A DNA stretch of 32,745 bases from Octopus bimaculoides (Eukaryota), in contig NC_068984.1 of the NCBI RefSeq assembly GCF_001194135.2, positions 64,104,452-64,137,196 on the forward strand, in the 5' to 3' direction. Positions 23,332 to 32,745 of this stretch are shown here, in pieces (position 1 is the stretch's first letter; each line of letters begins with the position of its first letter). The notes under the pieces were generated by a model. It saw only the letters and a list, made by a program, of their open reading frames with translations, was not told where the DNA came from and did no database searches. Made by a program: the position numbers and the translations under genes.

Positions 23332-24152
23332 GCAATAATTTGCGTAATAGCCTTATAACGTGCATACCAATGGTCCAATACGGTTTTGTAGATGGAATGA
23401 ACAGTCTTTAATTTAAATTACAACAATTGTTTCTGTGCATTAGTATCTGCTGTCATTTGCTGAGTGTTTCACATATACATATTATATAGATATATATGAT
23501 TCCGCTATAGCTGTGTACTAACACGTTTTCAAATGAATGACATTAAGAACACTGCTCTTAAAGCTCTATACTCTCTCATTACTGTATAGTTTCCCATTGT
23601 TTCATAGCCGTATTCTATTTTCATCGTTCCCTTGATAAAACACAAATAGTAGATATAAATAGACACAAGTCGTCAAGAATACAAAATAAATTAATGGAAA
23701 TATAAATCAAAAATATAAGTTATAAAAAAGACCGAAATTAATCACTAGATATACATTATCAAAAGTATAAGACATAAATTAATAAAACTTCATATTCAGT
23801 CTTTTCTTAGCATAGAAATGTCTCAGTGTTTATAAAGATAGATAAACTCTCTAAGATACTAATGTTATCAAAATATAATATAGAACAATTCCTCAGGTCT
23901 TGTGTCTGTAAGTAAGAGTTATTCTTCAAACGACGCGCGATCAACTTCTCCAGCGGGATATCAACTTGTCTACCTGTCTACTCCTAAAATTAAATTTATG
24001 TTCTTGGTTCCCATCGTCGTTGCTTTATCACTAAATAAAAGATACTGTTACACCGAAAGAATTTATTTGCCCGCACCATTAAACAATCCCACATGTTCAT
24101 TCATTGGGTATATACATAGAGACATATAAATCTAGATAGCAAGCTAGCTACT

Positions 24153-24153
<1 letters not shown>

Positions 24154-24190
<37 letters not shown>

Positions 24191-24252
24191 CAAACATACA
24201 TACATACATACATACATACATACATAGATACATACATACATACACACACACA
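24154..24252. repeat. Compound (AGAT)n-(TACA)n-(CA)n microsatellite
   Basis: Direct. Confidence 0.95.
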
Positions 24253-24254
24253 AA

Positions 24255-24371
24255 ATCTAATTCGCTTCTTTATTTTTCAGGTAAATAGCGAATTGATTCG
24301 ACAACAGAAAGTCATGGAACAACAGAATATTTCCGCTATTGTTGCTTTGGCTCGCGCTGGACTCACTGTCA
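24255..24371 (+). mobile_element. Probable Tc1/mariner 5' fragment (transposase N-terminus)
   Basis: ATG at 24314 gives MEQQNISAIVALARAG, resembling Tc1/maT N-termini (ME..R.AIVAL..AG). Truncated by the adjacent SINE. Confidence 0.45.
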
Positions 24372-24646
24372 ATGGTTCCGGGTTCATTCCCACTGCATGG
24401 CACCTTGGGCAAGTATCTTCTACTCTAGCCTGGGGCTGACCAAAGCCTTGTGAGTGGATTTGATAGACGGGGGAATTGAAAGAAGCCCGTTGTATATATG
24501 TCTCTATATATATGTATGTGAAGTACTAGGCTTACACAGAATAAGTCCAGGGTTCGATTTGTTCGACTAAAGGATGTACTCCAACACGCCCGCAGTCAAA
24601 TGACAGAAACTAGTAAAAGAATAAAAGAATAAAAATAAAAGAATAT
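24372..24646 (+). mobile_element. CORE-like tRNA SINE copy (5'-truncated, internal deletion)
   Basis: Same family as 9495-9903: GGTTCCGGGTTCATTCCCACTGCATGGCACCTTGGGCAAG...GTTCGACTAAAGG...CGCAGTCAAATGACAGAAAC, with a (TAAAAGAA)-like tail. Confidence 0.85.
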
Positions 24647-25249
24647 TCTTTCTAAATTCTAGAAATGCGATTTTAAGTCCATGATTACTCGTTAAACTAA
24701 TCTCCGAGCAGGTTATTTTGTCGCTACATAATGTTATTGCAAGTGTTTCTTCCAGGAAGAGATTACACCCTTTTGCGCGTGCATTATATAGTTTTGCCTA
24801 TTATTGTATCATTTCAGTTCGAGATCCCATATAATGTCTGCTAGTGATGTACATGAATTTTGCAGTTTTTCGTAAATCACACTGCATGGTTCCGTCAGCA
24901 GTTCTTGAAAGTGAGACTAGTTGCATCTACATATGTATATATATGTGTGTCCTTCATTTTACATAATGTTTCTATGCAAACACACATTCGCCAAAGAACG
25001 TGCATTTTTGTCTCTACAATTTCAATAAGTTTTTCTATTGAGACAGGTTGTTCCTTGTATTTGTTTTCACAATTTTTCTCTTATTGTGATTGTTATTGTT
25101 GTTAATATTACTATTTTAATTTCCCTTTTTCCTATCGTTGTCATTGCCAGTGCTATTACTATTAGTGTTTACTCCGTTCCCTTGTTACTGGTATTATCTA
25201 TGCTAATAGATAAACGATATATATATATATATATTGGAAGGTTCGGAGA

Positions 25250-25330
25250 TGCGTACACACACACTTGCGTATGTGTGTGTGTGTTTGTGTGTGTCTATAG
25301 ATATGTATGTATGTATGTATGTATGTATGC
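25250..25330. repeat. Compound (CA)/(GT)/(TATG)n microsatellite
   Basis: Direct. Confidence 0.85.
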
Positions 25331-26611
25331 AACTGACAACCAACAAAAGCGCAATTTCCACTGAGCTAGACTTCTTGAGTTAGTACATCTTTCAATATTC
25401 TAAAAAAGAAATTATCCGATTGAAATCTAAAATTGAAATCAGTTTCATGAAAGTTGTTAAAAATGTACAGATGCCATTAGCTCTTTCTAGCTTTTACGAT
25501 AAATGATTACATTTGATGCAGATTAGTTAATACAATATTAATATGATACTGTCTTGATAGATTTGTTAATGTGTCAATAAATTTTATTTGAATATTTCAA
25601 ATACGGACCAGCTAACACCTACTGCATATCTTTCCGGAGAATTTATAAAATTTAATAAATCAGATATACATACGATATTTATCGAAGAAAAATAGCAAAC
25701 AGAGTAATCCTATTCCTGAAATTATAAACTGAAGAGAGATATATTCATCTAAAATGCAATTTCCCTGGTCTATATAATTCCTTAAGTGAGAAGATGAAAA
25801 ATACACCTGCGTCATTTACAATTTCAGGTATACTTAAGTTGATTTATTTATATCGTTCTAAATATACTAAATATGCATCCATTTATATATATATATATAT
25901 ATATATATGTAAGTATGTATGTATACATACATGTATGTATGTATGTATTTATTCCTATACATGGCCAGTGATATCTTCAATGCAATGTGCAGCTGAAATC
26001 ATTTATAGTTATCGCTTCCATATCAGTTGTTGGATTTAAAAACGGAAGCGATTTTAAAAAGATGTATGTGTATACACACACACTCACATCTATATACATA
26101 TATATCAAATTAAAACATTAGGGTAAAAAATTTGATATTAATTAATATCGATTTATTACCAGGAATCAAGCACATTAAAAGAATCAAAGAGATTCAGAAA
26201 AAAAATATGTGAGATCTCAAGGGATTATTGTATATGTATATATAGAGAAAACCACTAGGTGGACTGTTAATGTGCTAGAAGATCACATGTAATGTGTCTA
26301 ATAAAACCTAATTGTTCTCAAATGAAATTCAGCGAAATACCAAAACGTATGTGGGCAAGACAATGAAGATTACGTAAATATAAATTATCCGTGTACTATA
26401 GTTTCGAAATCAATTTTCTCTTACCGAAAATATCTGTTTCTCGTCAGCACGACTGTAAGGTAAATATATATCTCCGCAGAGATATTTCCGGAATTACCGC
26501 ACCAAAACGAAGACTTTTGAATTTTACCATTAAGTGTAATTAGCAGAATCAAATGTGCGTTCGCCATTAGTGAGGAACAACTTGTATACGGTTCTGAGAA
26601 TTATATTTACC

Positions 26612-26618
26612 TTATTAC

Positions 26619-26678
<60 letters not shown>

Positions 26679-26697
26679 CATTTTTATTATTATTATT
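26612..26697. repeat. (ATT)n microsatellite
   Basis: Direct. Confidence 0.97.
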
Positions 26698-26764
26698 TGA
26701 TTAAACTCTCAGCTTATCTTACTGGGTATGATGGAAAGTGCTAGTTATTTAAAGCTAGCAGACG

Positions 26765-26900
26765 AAGTACCAGTTGAGCACTGGCTCGATGTAATTGATT
26801 AGGCCCCACCCTTCAAAACTTTCGAACTTTGTGACTATAGTAGAAAGGGTTATTTTTATTATCACGGCTATACATATTATTATTATTATTATTAATATCA
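26765..26900 (+). mobile_element. 3' fragment of the SINE family seen at 30518, with (ATT)n tail
   Basis: AAGTACCAGTTGAGCACTGGCTCGATGTAATTGATT aligns to AAATACCAGTTGCGTACTGAATTCGATCTAATCGACT at 30643-30679. It ends TATAGTAGAAAGGGTTATT followed by (ATT)n. Confidence 0.7.
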
Positions 26901-27024
26901 TTATTGTTGTTATTTTACATCCAATATTTCGCATTGCAGTACATTATCTTCTGCAGAATTGACTACATGTGTCAGCGTTTATCGGCAGGAACAGTCCTTT
27001 CAGTGGTACTGAATACTATTTATA

Positions 27025-27155
27025 CTCCCAAATCCACTCACAAGGTTTTGGTCGGCCCGAGGCTATAATAGAAGACACTTTCCCAAGGTTTCATGCAGTG
27101 GGAATGAACCCGGAACCATGTGGTTGGTAAGTAAGCTATTTACCACACAGCCACT
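27025..27155 (-). mobile_element. CORE-like tRNA SINE, 5' half, inverted relative to the 24372 copy
   Basis: Reverse complement GTGGCTGTGTGGTAAATAGC...ATGGTTCCGGGTTCATTCCCACTGCATG...CCTTGTGAGTGGATTT; 81/90 identity to 24372-24461. Confidence 0.88.
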
Positions 27156-27173
27156 TTATATAATAACATATAC

Positions 27174-27174
<1 letters not shown>

Positions 27175-27204
<30 letters not shown>

Positions 27205-27236
27205 TGTATGTATGTATGTATGTATGTATGTATGTA
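27175..27236. repeat. (TATG)n microsatellite
   Basis: Direct. Confidence 0.97.
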
Positions 27237-29019
27237 CCAAACTTAGCTTAGAACCACTTTTATGAGTTATGCAGATATTGTATATTTGTATATGTGTGTT
27301 GAGAGAAATACAAAAATAAAGAGGGAAAGAGAGAATGAGACAGACAGGCTGAGGCAGAGACAGACAGACAGAACGTTATTTACAGTAGTCTGGTGATTCA
27401 GTACTGGAAGGATCTTGATTGTTGACATGTGACAAGTATAGAAATATTACATAACTACTACAGGTATGAATAATATATATTGCAATGTATGTCTTTTATT
27501 GCAGCTGCTAGACGCTTTCAATTTCGCATGTCACCTGTTGATATTTTTTAAACAAATTAGCATAACCTCCTAATTTATCTTGCGAAATCTAAAAGCTAAG
27601 GAAGTCATATGAACATGCTAAAGTTCCATATTATTCTCTACATGCTAACCTATCCATACTTATCACCAAAAAATCTGTCCATCCTTATACTATATATTCT
27701 TCTGTTTGTGTGTGCGTGTATGTATAATCGTTTCAAGAATTCATAAGTTGGAAAAACACAGAAGCTCACATACTTATTGACAGTGTCGTTATATTAATAT
27801 CTATGATGTACAGTATTGTAGATGGATTTCAGCCTATCTTGCCAATCGGCTTCGTACACGACTCAGGTGATACCCTCACACAGCGCTCTTCAGAAGTGCT
27901 GGCATAAAAATGACGGCTCTTTGCTACACTTGGTCGGAAAGTTTTCCACATGGCTTGCATATGTGTGTGATCTGCATAAACATATACGTGCATATATGTA
28001 TACACACACATATGTGTATACGTAACTGAGGAGAGTCATTAGATTCGGATGCTCGTTTTCCTTGAACACGTACACAGTATATTATCATCAAAGCCACTAA
28101 TATACATAGACATGCACTAACAAGTAAATATGCTACTCGTATCCAACGAACAGATTGCCTTGAGCTAGATAATTAAAGTTAAATATAATTTATGCATTTA
28201 GTAAAAGAGTGACATATCTATTGACAAATAGTATACTGTGTATTTGATTATCATGTGTGACTACGCATTTTTATTTATCAGTTTCATATATAATATATAT
28301 GCTCAATACTTTAACAAGATAACCTGTCTAGGCTTGTAATTAACTTCACACGGAGCATATTTGTGCAAAATGACTACTTACACACAAGACTATATATATG
28401 CATACATGTAAGATCCAGGGATCGAGGTGGGGGAAGGAAGTTATATTCGAACCATCCGTAGTAAATACAAATAATCAACTTCCAGGAATTATAGTGGTTT
28501 GTTGAGACAGAAGGTTGCAGATTTTTTTTTTTATCGAAGATGAGTAGAAAGAATTTCTTTTTATACACTACGGTAAGCGATCGAGGTTGCCTAGTGCGCG
28601 ACAAAGAATACAAGGGTTACAGAACAAAGAAGGAAAAGACCAGGCTACATTTTTCCTAGCCAGTGCAACCTCAGGAGAGGTAAATCCAAGTGAGGTGTAG
28701 ACCGCCGGCTAGTCTTCTGGACAAGGATATCTTGATTAGATTAAAGGCTACATGTTGACGCGAAGAGGATTGAATGTGTAACGGGCACAGTATGTGATGG
28801 GTATATAAGTGTAGGGAGAAATAAGTATTAGAAGAAGGGAAGAAAGAGCAGAAAGAAAAAATAAATAAATAAAATAGAATAAACTATAGGGAAGTGAGAG
28901 GAAGGAGGAGTTGGGCATGTAAGTAGTGGATAATATAGTAGTTTAGCTTAATCACAGAATTTAAAAGTGGGATTGGCAATTGAAGAGAAGAAAAATTGGA
29001 GCAAAAAGGGTGGGGAAAT

Positions 29020-29410
29020 AACAACTATAATAACGAAACGAATACCGATACCTCATTAAATAACAATCCCCTCACAAGCTCGTCCGGCACATCCCCTACA
29101 AACTTATGCAGCTACAGACTCCCAAACGCCTGTCCTTTTGATAGTTGTTATTTCATTAAAAACATAGTTTATAGGTGCACAGTATCAACTAACAACTATA
29201 ACTACTTTTACATTGGCTCATGCAGCACCACCTTCAAAGCTAGAATGGACAATATCTACTCTAGCTTCAAATCTCAAACAAGATCCAACAGTACATCGTT
29301 ATCTCAACTTAAAAGTAGACTATCACTTGATTCAACCCCTTACACCCTCAAATGGCCCACGCGCCAAACCTTAAAGCGGATATAACAAGTGTGATTTATG
29401 CATGACCGTA
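29020..29410 (+). mobile_element. Penelope-like element GIY-YIG fragment
   Basis: Translation CSYRLPNACPF..C..KNIVYRCTVS...YFYIGSCSTTFKARMDNIYSSF...NSTSLSQL...YTLKW, then KCDLCMT in another frame. This fits the PLE pattern C.C....CPL...C...N(I/V)VY...YIG....FK.R..NH..SF...ST.LS....W...C.LC. Confidence 0.8.
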
Positions 29411-29499
29411 TGTATATTATTTATATATATACATATATATTATTTATATTATATGTATATATACATAGAGAGAGGGATTGTGAGGAATATGTATATGTG

Positions 29500-30420
29500 T
29501 GAGGGTCGCCTAACGAAGAAACTCTCATGGAATGTGACCAAATGAGGTTAATTTTCAAATTAGTCCATAAATTCTTCCATCGATGTTGCATGCTTGGATC
29601 TATTGGTGAAGAAGCTTTCATCCTGTGGTGAAAAGTCATCAACAACAGAGGGCATTGATAGTATTTCGTAACTGCCTCAACAAGTTGGCATAGTTACTCT
29701 CCATTGATGTTATGGCCCGTTTGAAGCCAATAAATATAATGCATTTTACATCCCAAAAACCTGAGGCCATCACCTTCCCTACAGATGAAATGACCTTGGA
29801 CTTCTTTGGAGTTGGCGAGGAAGGATTATTCCATTTCATAGATTAAAATTCATCCTGAGTTAGAAGACGTCCAAGGACGCCAGCTGGATCTGCCTCATAC
29901 AGTGTCAGATGTTCTTGTAGTGTGATCTGCTTGGTCCGTTCTTGATTAGGTGTCAGAAGACGTTGCATCCACCGGGCAGAAATCTTTGTCAAGCTAAGTT
30001 CATTGTGCACAATATTCTCAACTCTCTCACAGAATATGCTAATAGAATTGCCTATTTGACTGATACACAATCGTCTGTCATCTATCAGCATGTGGTAAAC
30101 ACGATCAATGTTTTCTGCGGTGGTTGTAGTTTTAGGACGTCATCTTCAAGTCTTTTCTTTCGCCTCCTAAATTCAGCTGCACACGTTTTCACTGTTGATA
30201 AAGCTTGAGCGTCATCCACCTAATATTTTTTCTGCAAGTACTTGATAACACCATAATGCCAAACTATGTACATTTTCAAGAGAATTCGCTACACTTACGT
30301 TTGAAGTCTTCTTTCAATAGTCAGATGTCAATTTTTTTTCTGGAAGAAAAAAAACAATGTAGTTATTAATGAGATGGGCTGAAAATAACGTATGCAAGAT
30401 TTCACTGGTCTTGCATGGCT
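29500..30420 (-). mobile_element. Decayed mariner (DD34D, irritans-like) with several internal deletions
   Basis: Minus translation: GVIKYLQKK...AEFRRRKKRLEDD...IDDRRLCISQI...KISARWMQRLLT...TQDE...KWNNPSSPTPKKSKVISSVGKVMASGFWDVKC...YANLLRQLR...SMQHRWK. End remnant GAGGGTCG at 29501. Confidence 0.88.
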
Positions 30421-30517
30421 TCTCTACACTCAGTATATGCAATTCTCTGCCCAAACACTCCGTATAAAATTACCTGTGTATTATATGCATTTATGAATAT
30501 ATATATGCGGGTAAGAT

Positions 30518-30728
30518 GGCGAGTTGGCAGAAACGTTAGCATGCCGGGCGAAATGCTTAGCGGTATTTCGTCTGTCTTTACGTTCTGAGTTCAAATTCTG
30601 CCGAGGTCGACTTTTCCTTCTTCCTTTCGGGCTCCATAAATCAAATACCAGTTGCGTACTGAATTCGATCTAATCGACTGGCTCTCTACCCAAAATTTCG
30701 GTCCTTGTTCCTACAGTAGAAACGAATA
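30518..30728 (+). mobile_element. Full-length tRNA-derived SINE with Nin/Deu-like central segment
   Basis: Head GGCGAGTTGGCAGAAACGTTAG, B-box GAGTTCAAATTC, central CCTTTCGGGCTCCATAAATCAAATACCAG (similar to the Nin-domain motif CCTTCCGGGGTCGATAAAATGAGTACCAG as I recall it), 3' CCTACAGTAGAAACGAATAT. Confidence 0.8.
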
Positions 30729-31324
30729 TATATGTGGGAGGCGGGTATGTGTGCGAGCGCGCGCGTGTGTGGACAATATATAGTCATCTGCATAATATTC
30801 ATATATATTATACACATACATATAGGCATGTAGATATATCAAATGAGGCAGAGAATGGTCGTCCATAAATTCGTTTCCCATTTTTATTAATTACAATTTT
30901 GTAAGCACACATTAGATATATGCAAGTTAAGAGTTCATTTTAACATGCATTAAGAATGATTTGATATGGAAAATGTGCGTTCTCTACCACAATGTTATAT
31001 CCTTAAAAGCAACGTAGCTCCATTTCGGTGAATAATGAGTTTCCTTCTGCCAAAGAAGTGAGAAAATGGGCTTAAACCAACTGATCAAATTAATTTAGTG
31101 TATAGCTGTGAGTCAATATCAGCGTAAAAAATTATAAAACAAAACTGAAATGTATAATAGCATGGAATTCATTTAATGAACAGAAAAAAAATATGCAAAC
31201 TTCTGTTTATTTTGTGTTTCATTAAAAATGCTTTGTTTCTTTCATTTTCACATGACGGTAAATTATGTTTAAAACAAAAGCGGGTGAATATATGTCACAT
31301 GTGTGCGGCGTAAATTTATAGTGG

Positions 31325-31680
31325 CTGATGGAAGAAAACTGCGGATACTCCGAATATCATACCAGGGCCACATCACCGAATTGATACCCGTTCACTCCAT
31401 GACGCCGTCACTGAGCACTGCTTGCGATTCGTAGGCCATGTCATCTGATTACCATCGCTGCGGCATGCGAAAACTGCCATTCTGTGGAAGCCACCACATT
31501 CACAAAGGAAAATAAGGGCAATCAAAAGCGACTTGGTGCTGCACCTTCATCGATAACCTCAAAGCCATTGACATTTCATGGGATGAAGCTGAAATTGCCG
31601 CGGCCGACCGACCACGCTGGAGAAGCCTCGCCGCTCAATGCGCCACACGACGCAGGAAGACCTAAGACTAAGACTAAGAA
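31325..31680 (+). mobile_element. RTE-clade LINE 3' end, 5'-truncated, with (CTAAGA)3 tail
   Basis: Translation across frameshifts: LRILRISYQGHIT...LRFVGHVI.LPSLRHAKTAILWKP...WCCTFIDNLKAIDISWDEAEIAAADRPRWRSLAAQCATRRRKT*. The stop at 31663-31665 overlaps the tandem tail CTAAGA x3 (31662-31679), typical of RTE ends. Confidence 0.88.
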
Positions 31681-32647
31681 AGAAAATATCTAGAAGTTAG
31701 AGAATGAATTACTGTGCCTCCTTCTTTTTACTTCATATGAAATTGAATGTGGTTATGCCGAAAGACACGCGAAATCCAAAGATAAACACAAATGTGTCTA
31801 TGTATTATGTGTCTATTATGAATGTATGTTTGTCATTGTTCAGTTTTATTTCAAGATTTCTTGTCAATAAAGAAAGAGCGGGTTTCTAAATTAAATCCAA
31901 TGCTCCTTCATAGAAATTTCGACATCAACAACAGGGTATTTTTGGTTGTATGTATATGTGTAGATTTTTTGCTTTATGTATGTGTTCTCATGCATATAGT
32001 TGCATATCTAACCATGCTAATGTATGTATAAATGCTTAACTTTAACAGATTTTTGCAGTGATGGGTTGGAGTTATAGTCTTCAAGTTAGCTTTCTCCTTT
32101 CTGGTTTTGAGAAGACTAATTCCTCAACATTGGTATTTAGGCAGTGAGCTACATATCCATGTACTCCAGATTAATTTGTTCACTGTGATATAAAGATGGC
32201 TAACGAGTCAACGAGGGTTCTTTTAAATGCTCACTAGCCCTGCTATAAATGAGATGATATTCCCCTTCAAATATCATTCGTCTGGTCATGAAAAAGGATG
32301 CATTTCATACAGCAGAACGAGAATTATTGTGTTTAGTCGAAATAAGTTGAGACGGGAATTGCTGTACCGTGCTTGTCCATAAGATTCCTCCACTCGACCT
32401 AAACTGAGCACAATGAAAATATCAAATTTCACTTATAAATTTCTGATGGAAATAGCACCCGACATATTATTATGCTCCCATGTATCAGAAAACACTCAAT
32501 ATTTATTTTGAACATATCTATCAGGCCTCTATTAGTTGATCAAATTATAGGGGTCTTATTCCTACTAACAGTGTTGCGATAAATATATAGCTTTGCGGAC
32601 CGCCCAAAACTTGCAAGAGGATTTGGAAGCCAGAAATTGAAAAAAGT

Positions 32648-32745
32648 ATGTATATATATATATATATATATATATAGATTTGTCTGTGTGTGTGTGTGTT
32701 TGTATACATGTGTGTGTGTGTGCGTGTGTGCATGCATGTATATAT
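32648..32745. repeat. Compound (TA)n-(TG)n microsatellite
   Basis: Direct. Confidence 0.9.

Noticed and set aside
23171-23365. Poly-Leu ORF
   Set aside because: Translation of the (TAA)n microsatellite.
23900-23990. Minus frame QVDIPLEKLIARRLKNNSYLQTQDLR, and a plus 11-nt AG…GTAAGT micro-exon
   Set aside because: No homology recognised and splice signals incomplete; expected by chance.
27818-27960. GC-elevated block with a possible 45-nt AG…GT exon or a WISAYLANR (LINE RT-like) peptide
   Set aside because: No frame gives a sustained recognisable match.

Overview
Eukaryotic, AT-rich, microsatellite-dense draft-assembly DNA with 7 N-gaps. The tRNA-derived SINE families and the density of (TA)n/(CA)n/(AGAT)n repeats resemble a coleoid cephalopod (Octopus-like) genome; this rests on my recognition, not a database search. 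I cannot confidently support any intact host protein-coding gene. Most ORF-track entries are microsatellite or N-gap artefacts, or antisense shadows of transposons. Recognisable content is decayed mobile DNA: four Tc1/mariner pieces (two with both TIRs), two RTE-clade LINE pieces, three Penelope-like (GIY-YIG) fragments of different families, about nine SINE copies or fragments, and a possible LTR-like remnant. The most interesting observations are hammerhead-ribozyme-like motifs in Penelope 3' ends, an RTE with the whole RT domain deleted, an 800-bp deleted mariner with both ends, an inverted 90%-identical SINE pair (possible dsRNA/ADAR substrate), a ~145-bp inverted repeat around a probably false gap, and a few weak exon candidates. 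I found no convincing evidence of a novel biological system.
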